Below are positions 11,372 to 23,058 of a DNA stretch of 63,679 nt, piece by piece; the stretch's first letter is position 1, and each line of letters starts with the position of its first letter. The notes under the pieces were generated by a model, which saw nothing but the letters and a program-made list of their open reading frames with translations, made no database searches and was not told where the DNA came from. The stretch comes from Octopus bimaculoides (lineage: Eukaryota). The stretch spans positions 137,168,184 through 137,231,862 of the forward strand of contig NC_068981.1 of assembly GCF_001194135.2 (NCBI RefSeq), given 5' to 3'. The translations under genes were made by a program, and so were the position numbers.

Positions 11372-14011
11372 TCTATATATATAAAGATGAGAGTATGTGT
11401 GTGTCTGTCTGTCTGTCTGTGTGAATGCCTAAAACTTGAGAACTACACAACCAATTTCATTCAAATTTTACACATGCCTTACTTAGGGTCCATGTAGTGT
11501 CATAGGCCCAAAAAATGTTTAACTTCTTGCCTAGTGCGAGTCCAGAGCAATATCATATCTTCTCCACTATTTCAGTATTACGTGTGAAAAGTGAAACAAT
11601 AACATGTCTTTATTGTAATGTCAGATAGTTTCACTTTAATAGTTTCACTTTAATACTGAAACTATTAAAGTGAAACTATTATCTCACATATATACAGGCA
11701 TACATACATATATACATACTTACATATATATAATATATATATATATATATATACATCTGCCCAAATGTATATATATACATGTATATATATAGATGTATAT
11801 GTATACATGTATATGTATAGCTGTATATGTATACATGGNNNNNNNNNNTGGCCTTGTAGGGTTTTCGAGCGAGATCGTTGCCAGTGCCCCTGGACTGACT
11901 CTTGTGCGGGTGGCACATAAAAGACACCATTTCGAGCGTGGCCGTTTTCGTGCGGGTGACACGTAAAAGCACCCACTACACTCTCTGAGTGGTTGGCGTT
12001 AGGAAGGGCATCCAGCTGTAGAAACTCTGCCAAATTAGATTGGAGCCTGGTGTAGCCATCCGGTTGCACCAGTCCTCAGTCAAATCGTCCAACCCATGCT
12101 AGCATGGAAAGCGGACGTTAAAGGATGATGATGATGATGATGATGTATAGATGTATATATATAGATATAAATGTGTATGTATACATATATATGTGTAGAT
12201 GTATATATATAGATGTACATGCAATATGTACACATATATATACAAATATATATATGCACACATATATATACCCATACGCACATGTACATAGGTGCAGGTG
12301 TGGCTGTGTCATAAGAAACTTGGTTCCATATTTTTCTTTGCCCACTCAGTTGTATCTATTAATCTATCTTTTTGTGTGTGTGTGTGTGTGTGTGTATATA
12401 TAATACACACACACACATACATGTATGTATATGTGCATTTTCATATCTATTATATAAAAGTCAATGTCTTTTTGTGTGTTACATATACATTCGAAAACTA
12501 CTGAAATTTGGAACACAAAATCCAAGCCTAGGGAGAAAGGTAATGCTGTATGTTTCATACAATTTCATGGACCAATACTACTGAATGGATCCTTATGATA
12601 TTTGAAACTTAGATCCAATGCAAAAGGGTGGGTATAATGCTATCAAAATTGATAAATTTTCGATGAGTATTCTCAAAGTTTCTACTTCTCATGAGGATTC
12701 TAAGACCCCTAATGGGGGCCTTAACTCCCAAATTTTAGTCATTTTTTTATAATCCAAAACTAGGTCAAAAGTACTGAATGGATCTTTATGAAATTTGGAA
12801 ATTATATTCTATGCATAAGGGCCATAACCCCCATGAAAATTCATATATTTTTGCTGTTGATGAAATTTTAACCATAGATATTAGACACAAATGAAGTAAT
12901 ATTTCTAAAATTTCATCTTCTTAGAAGTTAGAAAGACCCCTTCATGGGGACTTAACACCCACTATTTAGTCATTTTATCTAAGCAAAGACGTATACAGTT
13001 GTACTCTTGGAAGCTGTAGGGTCACCGGTGCATAAAAGATGAGCATTATTTGTAATTCAATGGTACAACAGTGTAAGAGTTTGCTTTGAGGTATACTTAC
13101 ATTGTGATTTCTGCAATGTGGTGCATAAATTGTCAAGTAAATGAGAGGCTTCTTTGCCTCCACTGATTCAGTTGCAAAGTGTTGAGTTAAGTTATTTGGT
13201 TGCAGACCTCCTTTGAGTCTTTTTATTATCACTGGGTCACACATAGTCCCCAGATGGTAACATTGATTTCAAGGCCTTCCCAGATGAGTGACTGGTTATT
13301 CAAAGACATTAATAGATTGTAAATTTATTCTGTCCAGTTACCTATCAGTATAGTTGTCATTTGCAAACTTCAGAGGTGACACTTTCATTTCCCCTTACAT
13401 CACACATTGTTAATGTTTTAGTTGGGTCACACCCTTCCAATTGCTATAGATCCGTAATGCATCTTACGGCTGTACCTGTCACTTGTATGGTGAGGAATCC
13501 TACATTGGGAGTAGTAACGACTGGGTAGGGTAGCTGACTGCTTATAGTGATCATTTGTCTTTTGGTTTCCTGTAGCTTTGCTCTCTTTTACAAACCCAGT
13601 GAACATACATACATTTCCTATTTCAAAGAAATTCAAACAATAGATATAAGACCCATGTTAAAAAGATTCTTAACAATTCAACTTCTTTGGTTGATATTAA
13701 GACACCCACCCCCAGTAGGGGCCTTAACTCTCACATTTTAGAGCTCCATGACCTCCATTTTTCAGGAGCAAAATCCTTTTAACAGGTTCCAGAAGACTGG
13801 AATTTTGGAATCTGTACTTAAAGATCAGTAGTGTGGGGTACATATGTCATGATTAGAATTTTTTTAGGGTTTGTAAAGAGGGAAATAACCCTCATCTGCA
13901 ATTTTGATGAAATTCGAATCATAGGTATTTCAGCTCATTAGAGAAAATATAACAGAAAAGTCTAATTCTTCAATTGCATGTAACACGAACAACGTCAAGT
14001 ATCTCTGCTAG
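11372..14011 (+). mobile_element. Probable non-autonomous Helitron with nested insertions
   Basis: 5' A|TCTATATATATAAAG followed by a (TGTC)n tract; 3' degenerate hairpin and CTAG|T. Two internal duplicated modules of about 200 bp (about 12560-12975). Nested microsatellites and a LINE tail at 11690-12410. Confidence 0.55.
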
Positions 14012-14022
14012 TAAATATATAT

Positions 14023-14239
14023 TCTTTTCTACTCTCGGAACAAGGCCTAAAATTTTGGGGAATGGGGGGAAGTAGATTAGATCAACCCCAGTACGCAACT
14101 GGTACTTAATTTATCGACCCTGAAAGGATGAAAGGCAAAGTCGACCTTGGTGGAATTTGAACTCAGAACGTAAAGACAGACGAAAAACCGCTAAGCATTT
14201 CATCCAGTGTGCTGACAATTCTGTCAGCTCACTACCTTA
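14023..14239 (-). mobile_element. tRNA-derived SINE (tail type 1; other copies near 14731, 18620, 26165, 41637, 44580)
   Basis: Same head and body as the SINE at 1448. TSD CTA(G/A)TAAATATATAT at 14008-14022 and 14240-14254. Confidence 0.85.
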
Positions 14240-16811
14240 CTAATAAATATATATCAGCAATGAATGTGGTATTAACAAACATGCATGCACTCTGCACCAA
14301 AAGCCTACATGAGAGTTTTTCTCATGGTAAATACCTCAGTAAAGTTTGTTTTAACAGAACATCCATGTTTAAGTGGGAGTAAATATTATGTTGTTTTTTG
14401 AATTGAGTCACATGTCTTGGAACTAATTATCGACATAATTTCAGATTTGCATGTATTTAATTAAAAAACATTTAACCACAGGTGCAGGAGTGGCTGTGTG
14501 GTAAGTAGCTTGCTTACCAACCACATGGTTCTGGATTCAGTCCCACTGCATGGCACCTTTAAGTCTGAATGAAGCAGTTTTTATTGAGTCATCACCCTCC
14601 TGGCTGGATCAGAGGCAATGTCTCATTTATGCACCAAACGAGTTTCTCTTTAATTTACAAGCTATGAACTGGTACAATGTTTAAAAACAAAGAACATAGT
14701 ACCAGTTTGTGGAGTTGATATTGGCAACAAGGTAAGGTGGTGAGCTGGCAGAATCGTTAGCGCACTGGGCAAAATGCTTAGCAGTATTTCATCCAAGCAC
14801 ACATTCTGAGTTCAAATTCCACTAAGGCTGACTTTGCCTTTCATCTTTTCAGGGTTGATAAATTAAATACCAGTGAAACACTGAGGTCGATGTAACTGAC
14901 TAGTCCCTTCCCACAAAATTTCAGTCCTTGCATATTTAGTGAGAAAGGATATTGGTAACAGGGACTTTCAATAACCGAACCTCCATCCTTGTTCATCTCA
15001 CTATGCCTCCCTTCAGTCTCATTTTTAATCATCTACCATTCTCATTTTATACTCTAATAAAATTAGTTGCCCTTTCGTTCCCCTCCAACCCCTTACATTC
15101 ATTGTCTTAAACCTTGAGAGTACACTCTAACACCCTGTCATCCCCAACATCTTTATCTTCCTTCCAGCTACTCTCCCCCACCCTCATTTAATGCAGGGTA
15201 GCCATGTATCACCTCTGTAACAAGACATCCATGTTTGCCCTTCGGTCATACTTTACCTTCGACACCTGGCTTAAAGCCACTTTACCCTCAGTTAAGGGAT
15301 TTGTTTCCTTTGTCTTGCTAGTTCCTTGGTGACCTCACTAGGTGCCAGTGTCATGAGAAAAAGCACCCAGTGCAGACTGTAAACTGGTTGGCATTAGGAA
15401 GGAAATCCAATTATAGAAACCATATCAAAGTTGACAATGGATCTTGATGCAGTCCAACGACTCATTGGATCCTCTCAAAAGGATCACTCATATGATAGCA
15501 TGGAAAACAGATATTAAAAGCTGATAATGATAATGATAATGATTACATGAGGTGTGGCTATTATATCTAATTTGCATATTAAAACATTTTTAGACATTCA
15601 CCAAAAAAAAAAAAAAAATGTCCAAGTGTCAGAAGTTGCCTCTTTCTGGCTATCTTCTAATTATTCCTTTCTTCATTAGCTTTTGTGATTTCTTGAAATT
15701 GTCTTAAATCTTCCTTTGTTGTTGGAGAAAGATTTAATTGTATTGATATCTTTCAGATCTGTATTGATCAACAAATTGTCTGATTTGAGAAAGCACTCTC
15801 AGATTTGGTGTATTAATCACATGCATTTAAGATTCTGATTAGAGATAGGTGTACGTGTGATTGTTTGGTTAAGAAGTTTGCCTCCCAACCACATGGTTTC
15901 AGGTTCAGTCCTACTGTGTGACATCTTGGTGAAGTATCTTCTACTATAGCCCTGAGCCAATCAAAGCTTCGAGTCGATTTTACAGACAGAAACTGAAAGA
16001 AGTCTGTCATGTGTTTGTGTCTGTCTTGACAGCACAGGGTTGTAGTAAATGAGAGTCATACATTTCCAATGTTCTGCAAAATTATGTCTGGCCAAGGGGA
16101 AATATTACTTTGCTGGGAAACAAGTAAGGGTTGGTGATATGATGAAGAGTTTCTGGTCATAAAAAATTTGCCTCATTAATCTCTGTCCAACCCATGGAAA
16201 CATGGAAAAGTGGACATTAAAATGGTGACAATGATATTTGTAGCAAATTGTTTTATTGAAATTTATGTAAATACAAAGCATGCACTGAAGGTGAACTTAC
16301 AATTTATCATTGTAGCTCAGCTCCAGGCCAGTTCTGATATAGCAGTTGTATGGTGTAAGACATTCAAGCTAAGACCATCTTAGTGACCACAATGTCCAAT
16401 TTTTCTTTCTTCAATAATGGTCAAGTATGCTTTGAGAAAGATTTGACTGCTATTTCAGCAAACCAAGTGATCACATCAAAATCCACCTATAAGCTTGATT
16501 TCTTGCAGTTTACAGTTGCATTTCACAGTCATAAATCTTCAAAATTTCTCCATTTCATCTAACAACTTATTGATTTCGATAAAACCTTGTTCATCTGGAG
16601 TTAAATGTTTTTGGATGTCTTCCTTGAAAACTCATGTTCATAGATCATGTTGAGAAGCATCAGATTGCAAACCTGTTTTATGCTTTTGGTCAAAATATTG
16701 TGCCATTGATCCTTTTAGCATTCAGATTACTCTGTCAAATGTTATTCCCATTGTTTTGTATAAACTATGTAGCTTTGAGATTTTGAGGATGAGATTGTTT
16801 AGTTTTAGAAT

Positions 16812-17199
16812 TGTTGTTGTTGGCACTCCGTCGCTTACAACGCCGAGAGTTCCAGTTGATCCGATCAATGGAACAGCCTGCTCGTGAAATTAACGTGCAA
16901 GTGGCCGAGCACTCCACAGACACGTGTACCCTTAACGTAGTTCTCGGGGATATTCAGCGTGACACAGTGTGATAAGGCTGACCCTTTGAATTACAGGTAC
17001 AACAGAAACAGGAAGTAAGAGTGAGAGAAAGTTGTGGTGAAAGAGTACAGCAGGGTTCGCCACCATCCCCTGCCGGAGCCTCGTGGAGCTTTAGTTGTTT
17101 TCGCTCAATAAACACTCACAACACCCGGTCTGGGAATCGAAACCGCGATCCTATGACTGCAAGTCCGCTGCCCTAACCACTGGGCCATTGCGCCTCCAC
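16812..17199 (-). mobile_element. Full-length tRNA-derived SINE (family A), inserted into a TTAA-type MITE
   Basis: A-box TGGCCCAGTGG, B-box GTTTCGATTCCC, (CAA)n tail, and perfect 12-bp TSD TAGTTTTAGAAT (16800-16811 and 17200-17211). Confidence 0.9.
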
Positions 17200-17813
17200 T
17201 AGTTTTAGAATAGCTTCCAAGGATAAGTGTGAGAGGCCAGATCTGACCAGTTTGAAGATAAAACAGGTACAATATTTGGGTTGGATATGACCAGTAAAAA
17301 TACTAAAGAGTTAATACCATTCTCTTTCTGAGACCATTCCACAGCGAAATTCATTCTTGTCGTTATCTTTAAGAAATTAACTCTGAAAGATTCGATGCAA
17401 ACATTTGGACTAAATTGACAAACAGTTTGTTTGTCTGTTAGGCAGAAACATGGCTAGGTATGTAAAGACAGAATGATTACGGTTAAAGTTCTTTTACTCA
17501 GCCATTTGTCTACTTGATCAGAGCAGACCTGGAGGTGAAATCAACAAAAGTATCCCATATAGCTTTGATACATGGATATTCTAGCATCTGGTCAACCAGT
17601 TGCTAGTTGTCTGCAGACTGACTGATTCTAAAATATGCCATATATAGTAAGCATTATTTTCCCTAGTCTGCTTGTTGTTGTTGTTATTGTTACTGCTGTT
17701 TCAATGGTTCTTTGTTCAATATATTTGTTTCCACCTATTTGTACTAATCTGAGTCTCTTTTGATAAGCACTTCTATTGTTCTATGTTATTGTTATATCAT
17801 AATTCTTATAGCA

Positions 17814-18075
17814 AAGGCATGTGACTTAGTGGTTAGGGTATCTGGTTCACAATCATGAGATTGTGAGTTCAATTCCTGGTGGCGCATTGTGTCCTTGAGC
17901 AAGACAATTTATTTCACATTGCTCCAGTCCACTCAGCCGGCAAAAATGAGTAGTACCTATATTTCAAAGGATCAGCCTTATCACATTCTATGGCATGTTG
18001 AATCTCCCTGAGAACTATGTTAAGGGGACACATGAGAGTGGAGTGCTTGAGCACTAGCATGTTAATTTCACAAGC
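17814..18075 (+). mobile_element. tRNA-derived SINE with the family-A tail but a different central domain (other copies near 25195, 26405, 43148 on +; 10640, 41930, 45960, 50870 on -)
   Basis: Head TGACTTAGTGGTTAGGG...GTTCAATTCC, centre GTGTCCTTGAGCAAGAC...TTGCTCCAGTCCACTCAG, then the TTCAAAGG...GAGAACTATGTTAAGGG tail shared with family A. Confidence 0.75.
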
Positions 18076-19473
18076 CTAACCACTGGGATATGTGCCTTGA
18101 CTCTACAGCCCCACTGTAATTTCAATTGCCTTAAAACACTCAGACATGCTTACAACACTCCTAAATACCACCCTAAAACCCCTGTCGCCTTCCTGGCACG
18201 TGAAAAGACATTTGAGCGAGGTCGTTGCCAGTGCCGCTGGACTGGCTCCTGTGCAGGTGGCACATAAAATACACCATTTTGAGCGTGGCCGTTGCCAGTA
18301 CCACCTGACTGGCCTTCGTGCCAGTGGCACGTAAAAGCACCCACTACACTCTCGGAGTGGTTGGCGTTAGGAAGGGCATCCAGCTGTAGAAACTCTGCCA
18401 AATCAGATTGGAGCCTGGTGCAGCCTTCTGGCTTGCCAGTCCTCAGTCAAATCGTCCAACCCATGCTAGCATAGAAAGCGGACGTTAAACGATGNNNNNN
18501 NNNNNNNNNNNNNNNNNNNNNNNNNNNNNNNNNNNNNNNNNNNNNNNNNNNNNNNNNNNNNNNNNNNNNNNNNNNNNNNNNNNNNNNNNNNNNNNNNNNN
18601 NNNNNNNNNNNNCACTTGTTCTTGCCCCTGTATCCCTTTCTACTCTAGGCACAAGGCTCGAAATTTTGGGGGAGGGGGGGGGGGCAGTCAATTAGATCAA
18701 CCTCAGTATGCAACTGGTACTTAATTTATCAACTCCAAAAGGATGAAAGGCAAAGTCAACCTCGGCGAAATTTCAACTCAGAACGTAAAGAGACGAAATA
18801 CCGCTAAGCATTTCGCTCGGCATGCTAACGTTTGTACCAGCTCATTGCCTTCTTGCTCCTTTATCCTACTCTTCCCTCTTAACACCTGGTATAAACCACC
18901 TCACTCAATATTGCACTAAGGGTTCTTGTTTTACGAGCTACTTGGCAACCTCATTAGTGCTGGTGACATGAAAAAGTACTCAGAGTACTCTGTAAAGTGG
19001 TTGGCTTTAGGATGGACATCTCGCCATAGAAACCATGCCAAAACAGATATGGGAGTTCAATGTAGTCTCTTGATCTGTTAGATCCTGTCAAACCATCCAA
19101 GTCATGTCAGCATGGAATATAGATGCTATATGATGATGATGATGAGGATTAGGCAGCAAGCTTGGCAGAATTGTTAGCATGCCAGGCAAAATGCTTAGCA
19201 ATATTTTATCTGTCTTTACATTCTAAGTTCAACTTTACCTTTCATCCTTTTGAGATCGATAAAATAAGTACCTGTTGAGGACCGGAGTCCTCGGTAAGAG
19301 TATAAAAACTGCAGCACTCAGCCAAGCCATGTTGAGCCATTGCGGTAGAGTAGGTCCATCAAACCAGTATGATATCAAGCTCAAATTCACAGCCTCCACA
19401 TCAGACTGTATTTGGTGGAGAGAACATGCCAAGGCCTTTGTCCTGCTGTGGACTGAATATGGGCAAACCAATC

Positions 19474-19530
<57 letters not shown>

Positions 19531-19989
19531 TACATATGTATCTGTGTGTATACCAGTTGAACACTGGGGTTGATGTATTTAACTTAAGTACTTGTGGGTA
19601 AGAGTATAAAAGCTTATATTGAGCCAGTGTAGCAGAGTAGGCTCATCAAACCAGTATGATCACATGCTGAGGCCTTTATTCTGCAGTGGACTGAGCATAG
19701 GCAATCCAATCCAATGATGATATGGAATATAGATGATAATAGATTGAGCTGGAAGCCTTTATCAAGATGCCAGTATAACAACTGGCTGTTTTAACAAACG
19801 AGCACTCTGTATCCTATATCTATCATTTCTAGTTAGCTTGCCTTCACAGTAGCAGAGAAGAGCAATGTCTTTTCTCTAAAGTAGCTAGTAAATGAAATGC
19901 AAAGGGAGACAACAAACAAGCAAAATAAATATTTACATCCAGCAGAAAAATAAAAACACAAAAGAACATTTCTTCTTTTTTTTTTTAAT

Positions 19990-20989
19990 ATCATATATTT
20001 ATTTCTAATATTTATCCATTCGGTCATTTATATGTTTCTGTATGTATGTACACAAACACATGCATTTGCAAGTGTGTATATATAATATATTTATATATAT
20101 ATGCATACACTCAAAGATTGATATACTTTACCTTCACATACACACACAGGTTTATCTAATAGGACATATTTACAAGATATCTGTAGTTTTCTTTTAGAAA
20201 ACACACAGTAAATTTCTTGACTAAAAGAAGTGTTCATCTTTTGTTTCTTTTATTATTTTTTTAAAACTTTTTTTTTGTTTTGCAATAAATAAAAACAAAG
20301 AACCACAAACAAAGTTATTTTCATAACACCCATTTGTCATTTGTTAATGTGAAAATTTTTCAACTGGGAGAAGAAAGATAGAGATAGAAGGATAGATTTT
20401 AACAACAAAATATTTTATAGTCAAGAAAGGTGGTAGTGGTAGTGGTGGGGAATGGGTATAAAACACTTTGACACATGTTTGTATATGTGAATGTATAAAT
20501 ATATCAAAGTTCTGTGTAAATATATTGAAATTCTGTATAAATAAATATGATATACTTTACATTAAAGAAAATTTATTAAAAAAAAAAAAGAATCCAGTCT
20601 TAAGTGTGAAATAACTTTTAGATAGATGTATAATAATTTTGTCAATATAGACAGTACTATATCCTTATCTAGGATACACGATAAAAAATATTTTAAATAT
20701 ATTTAGAAATAAAAGAAAACAAAATTATTACTAATGTTTTCCCTTAACACTTTTTAACTACTGAAATATTACAAAAAAAAAAAAAATGTAGAATATATAT
20801 TATATATATTAATATAAGTCTATGTTGGATGAAATCAAAAGGCGCCAGTATTCATACAGCTAAATCATTCACCATTCTTATTTATAATCCATTATATCTC
20901 AGAAATTCTTGAGGATTCTTCCCATCCAGAATACATTCTCTCCAAAAGAAGTTGGCAGACAAGTGGTGGTGGTGGTAGTGGTGATAGTA

Positions 20990-21023
<34 letters not shown>

Positions 21024-21313
21024 AAACAGAGGTTAAGAATGAAGGTTAGTAATGAAATGGAGAATAATGTATAAAAGATCCAAGATAAAGATAATAGTGT
21101 GCGTGGGCATGCATGTGAACNNNNNNNNNNTGGGTTGTGAGTCGGAACAAATACTACATTTACTCAGAGATTGCCAAGTTAGGTCGTGCGGGATGTAAAA
21201 ATAATCCACTTATTTTTCATGAAAGGAAATATTAATTTATGAATCTAATTTACATCCACAATAGATTAGTAAAAATCTGTTAATTGATAGATTATTTAAT
21301 TGTATTTTATCAC

Positions 21314-21359
<46 letters not shown>

Positions 21360-23058
21360 GAATAAACATTAGTAACCAATAATGAGGAACCTAATCAATA
21401 AGCTTGAAGCAATTAAAGATATATTGCAGCTTCTAAGTGTGTTGTTACAAACTTAAACTTGAATCTAGATTATTAGTAAAGAAATCAGTGCCAAAACGAG
21501 AAATGTTTATCATTAATTAGACTGAGAAATTTAAAATGTTTGCAGTATTTCTACAACCTTTCAGTGAAATGCTAACCAAATAATCACTAACCGAAAACTA
21601 GAGACAGCGGAAATTTTGTTCAAATTAATAGACTGTTACTTTTATGTCATTGTCAAGTGTTTAAGAAGTTTCCTTCTCAGTCATAAGGTTCCGAGATCAA
21701 TACCACTGCGTGACACCTTGGGCACGTTTTCTACCATAGTCATGGGTTGACACAAGCCTTGTGAATGAAATTAGGTAGACAGAGACTGTGTGGAAACTCA
21801 TCAGGTGGAGTGTACCTGCAAATTCGAAGGCCAGTTTTGTTACACACACAAAGCATCACGCTGATTCTGCCTGAAGATTACATTAAAGATACAAGTGGCT
21901 GTGGAATGTCCAGCCACCTACACTATTACACAATGAGTACAGAGCTCCACTGATTGGACAAGTGGAACTATAATTTATTGAAGTTGACACAAGATCCATT
22001 CATTCATATCAAGGAATAAGTTTTGATCATTGTTGAAACTTACTAATATAACTGTTTCAACAATTTGCAAACCAGTTTGTTTTGTTTTTGTTTTTTCCCA
22101 AATTGAACGAGAAAAGACATACTATTTGTTTCCAAATGCATACATATGAAAAAACATTATGTCTGGGGTAACTAGCTAGCCTCATTACATAGATATTAAA
22201 AGAGATTCTCTGTTATACAGTTCCTCTTTATAACAAACATACTAGTACAAAGAAAGAAAAATGAGGTAAGGTTTAAAAAAAAAAAACAAAATTAAAATAG
22301 AGGGTTTCAGAAATACAGAAAATTTGCATTGATTATCTTTTAAATGGAAAAATAATTAATAATTTCAAGCTCAAACAGATTTGACTAAAACAGAGAAACA
22401 TTGTTTTACTTTGTGTATTTTATGTGAGAGAAAAAAAAATTGTGTTCAATTAGATGAAAGGATCACACGGGGGGGAAAAAAAAAATGAACGAAAATGAGG
22501 GTAGCTTACACCTTGGTGACATATATCACTCTCCTCCTACCTTTCGAGGCTGGATCACAAATAGTCAAAAGCTTAAGGGAAATAAGAGATGTTGGGGATG
22601 AGCACACCGTTTGAGGCACACATATGCACAATCAATTTAATGAGGCACAGATCTGTGATACAAGAAAAGGCTTGAAATATGTGAAACAAAGTGGAAATTG
22701 AATACAAAATGACTCTACTATTAATCAAGTAGGTCAGACACAACCCTTAAAAATTGCTGCTCTGGAACTACTTTGATACAATTTGCAATTTGAACATAGA
22801 ATTGTTGGTTTATTTTTCATTTATATACCTCTTTGTTTTTGCTTTTTTTTGCTTTTTTAAATATAAACATCATGACTTCCATCATCTTTTATCACCTTTA
22901 AACAACTCATAATCATTTTGAAAACAGCTTTTGAAAACATTAGCATAGCTCTCCAAATAAAATTACTATGTCCATTATAATTTTTACTACAGATAATTTT
23001 TCTTTCTTTTTATAAATCATTGTAATTTTAAAGTTTGACATAAATTTCACATAGTTAT
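19990..23058 (-). other. Probable TIGAR 3' UTR (up to about 3 kb)
   Basis: AT-rich, largely repeat-free sequence downstream of the stop. Minus-strand AATAAA signals at 22809-22814, 20249-20254 and 19998-20003. Extent is inferred. Confidence 0.4.
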
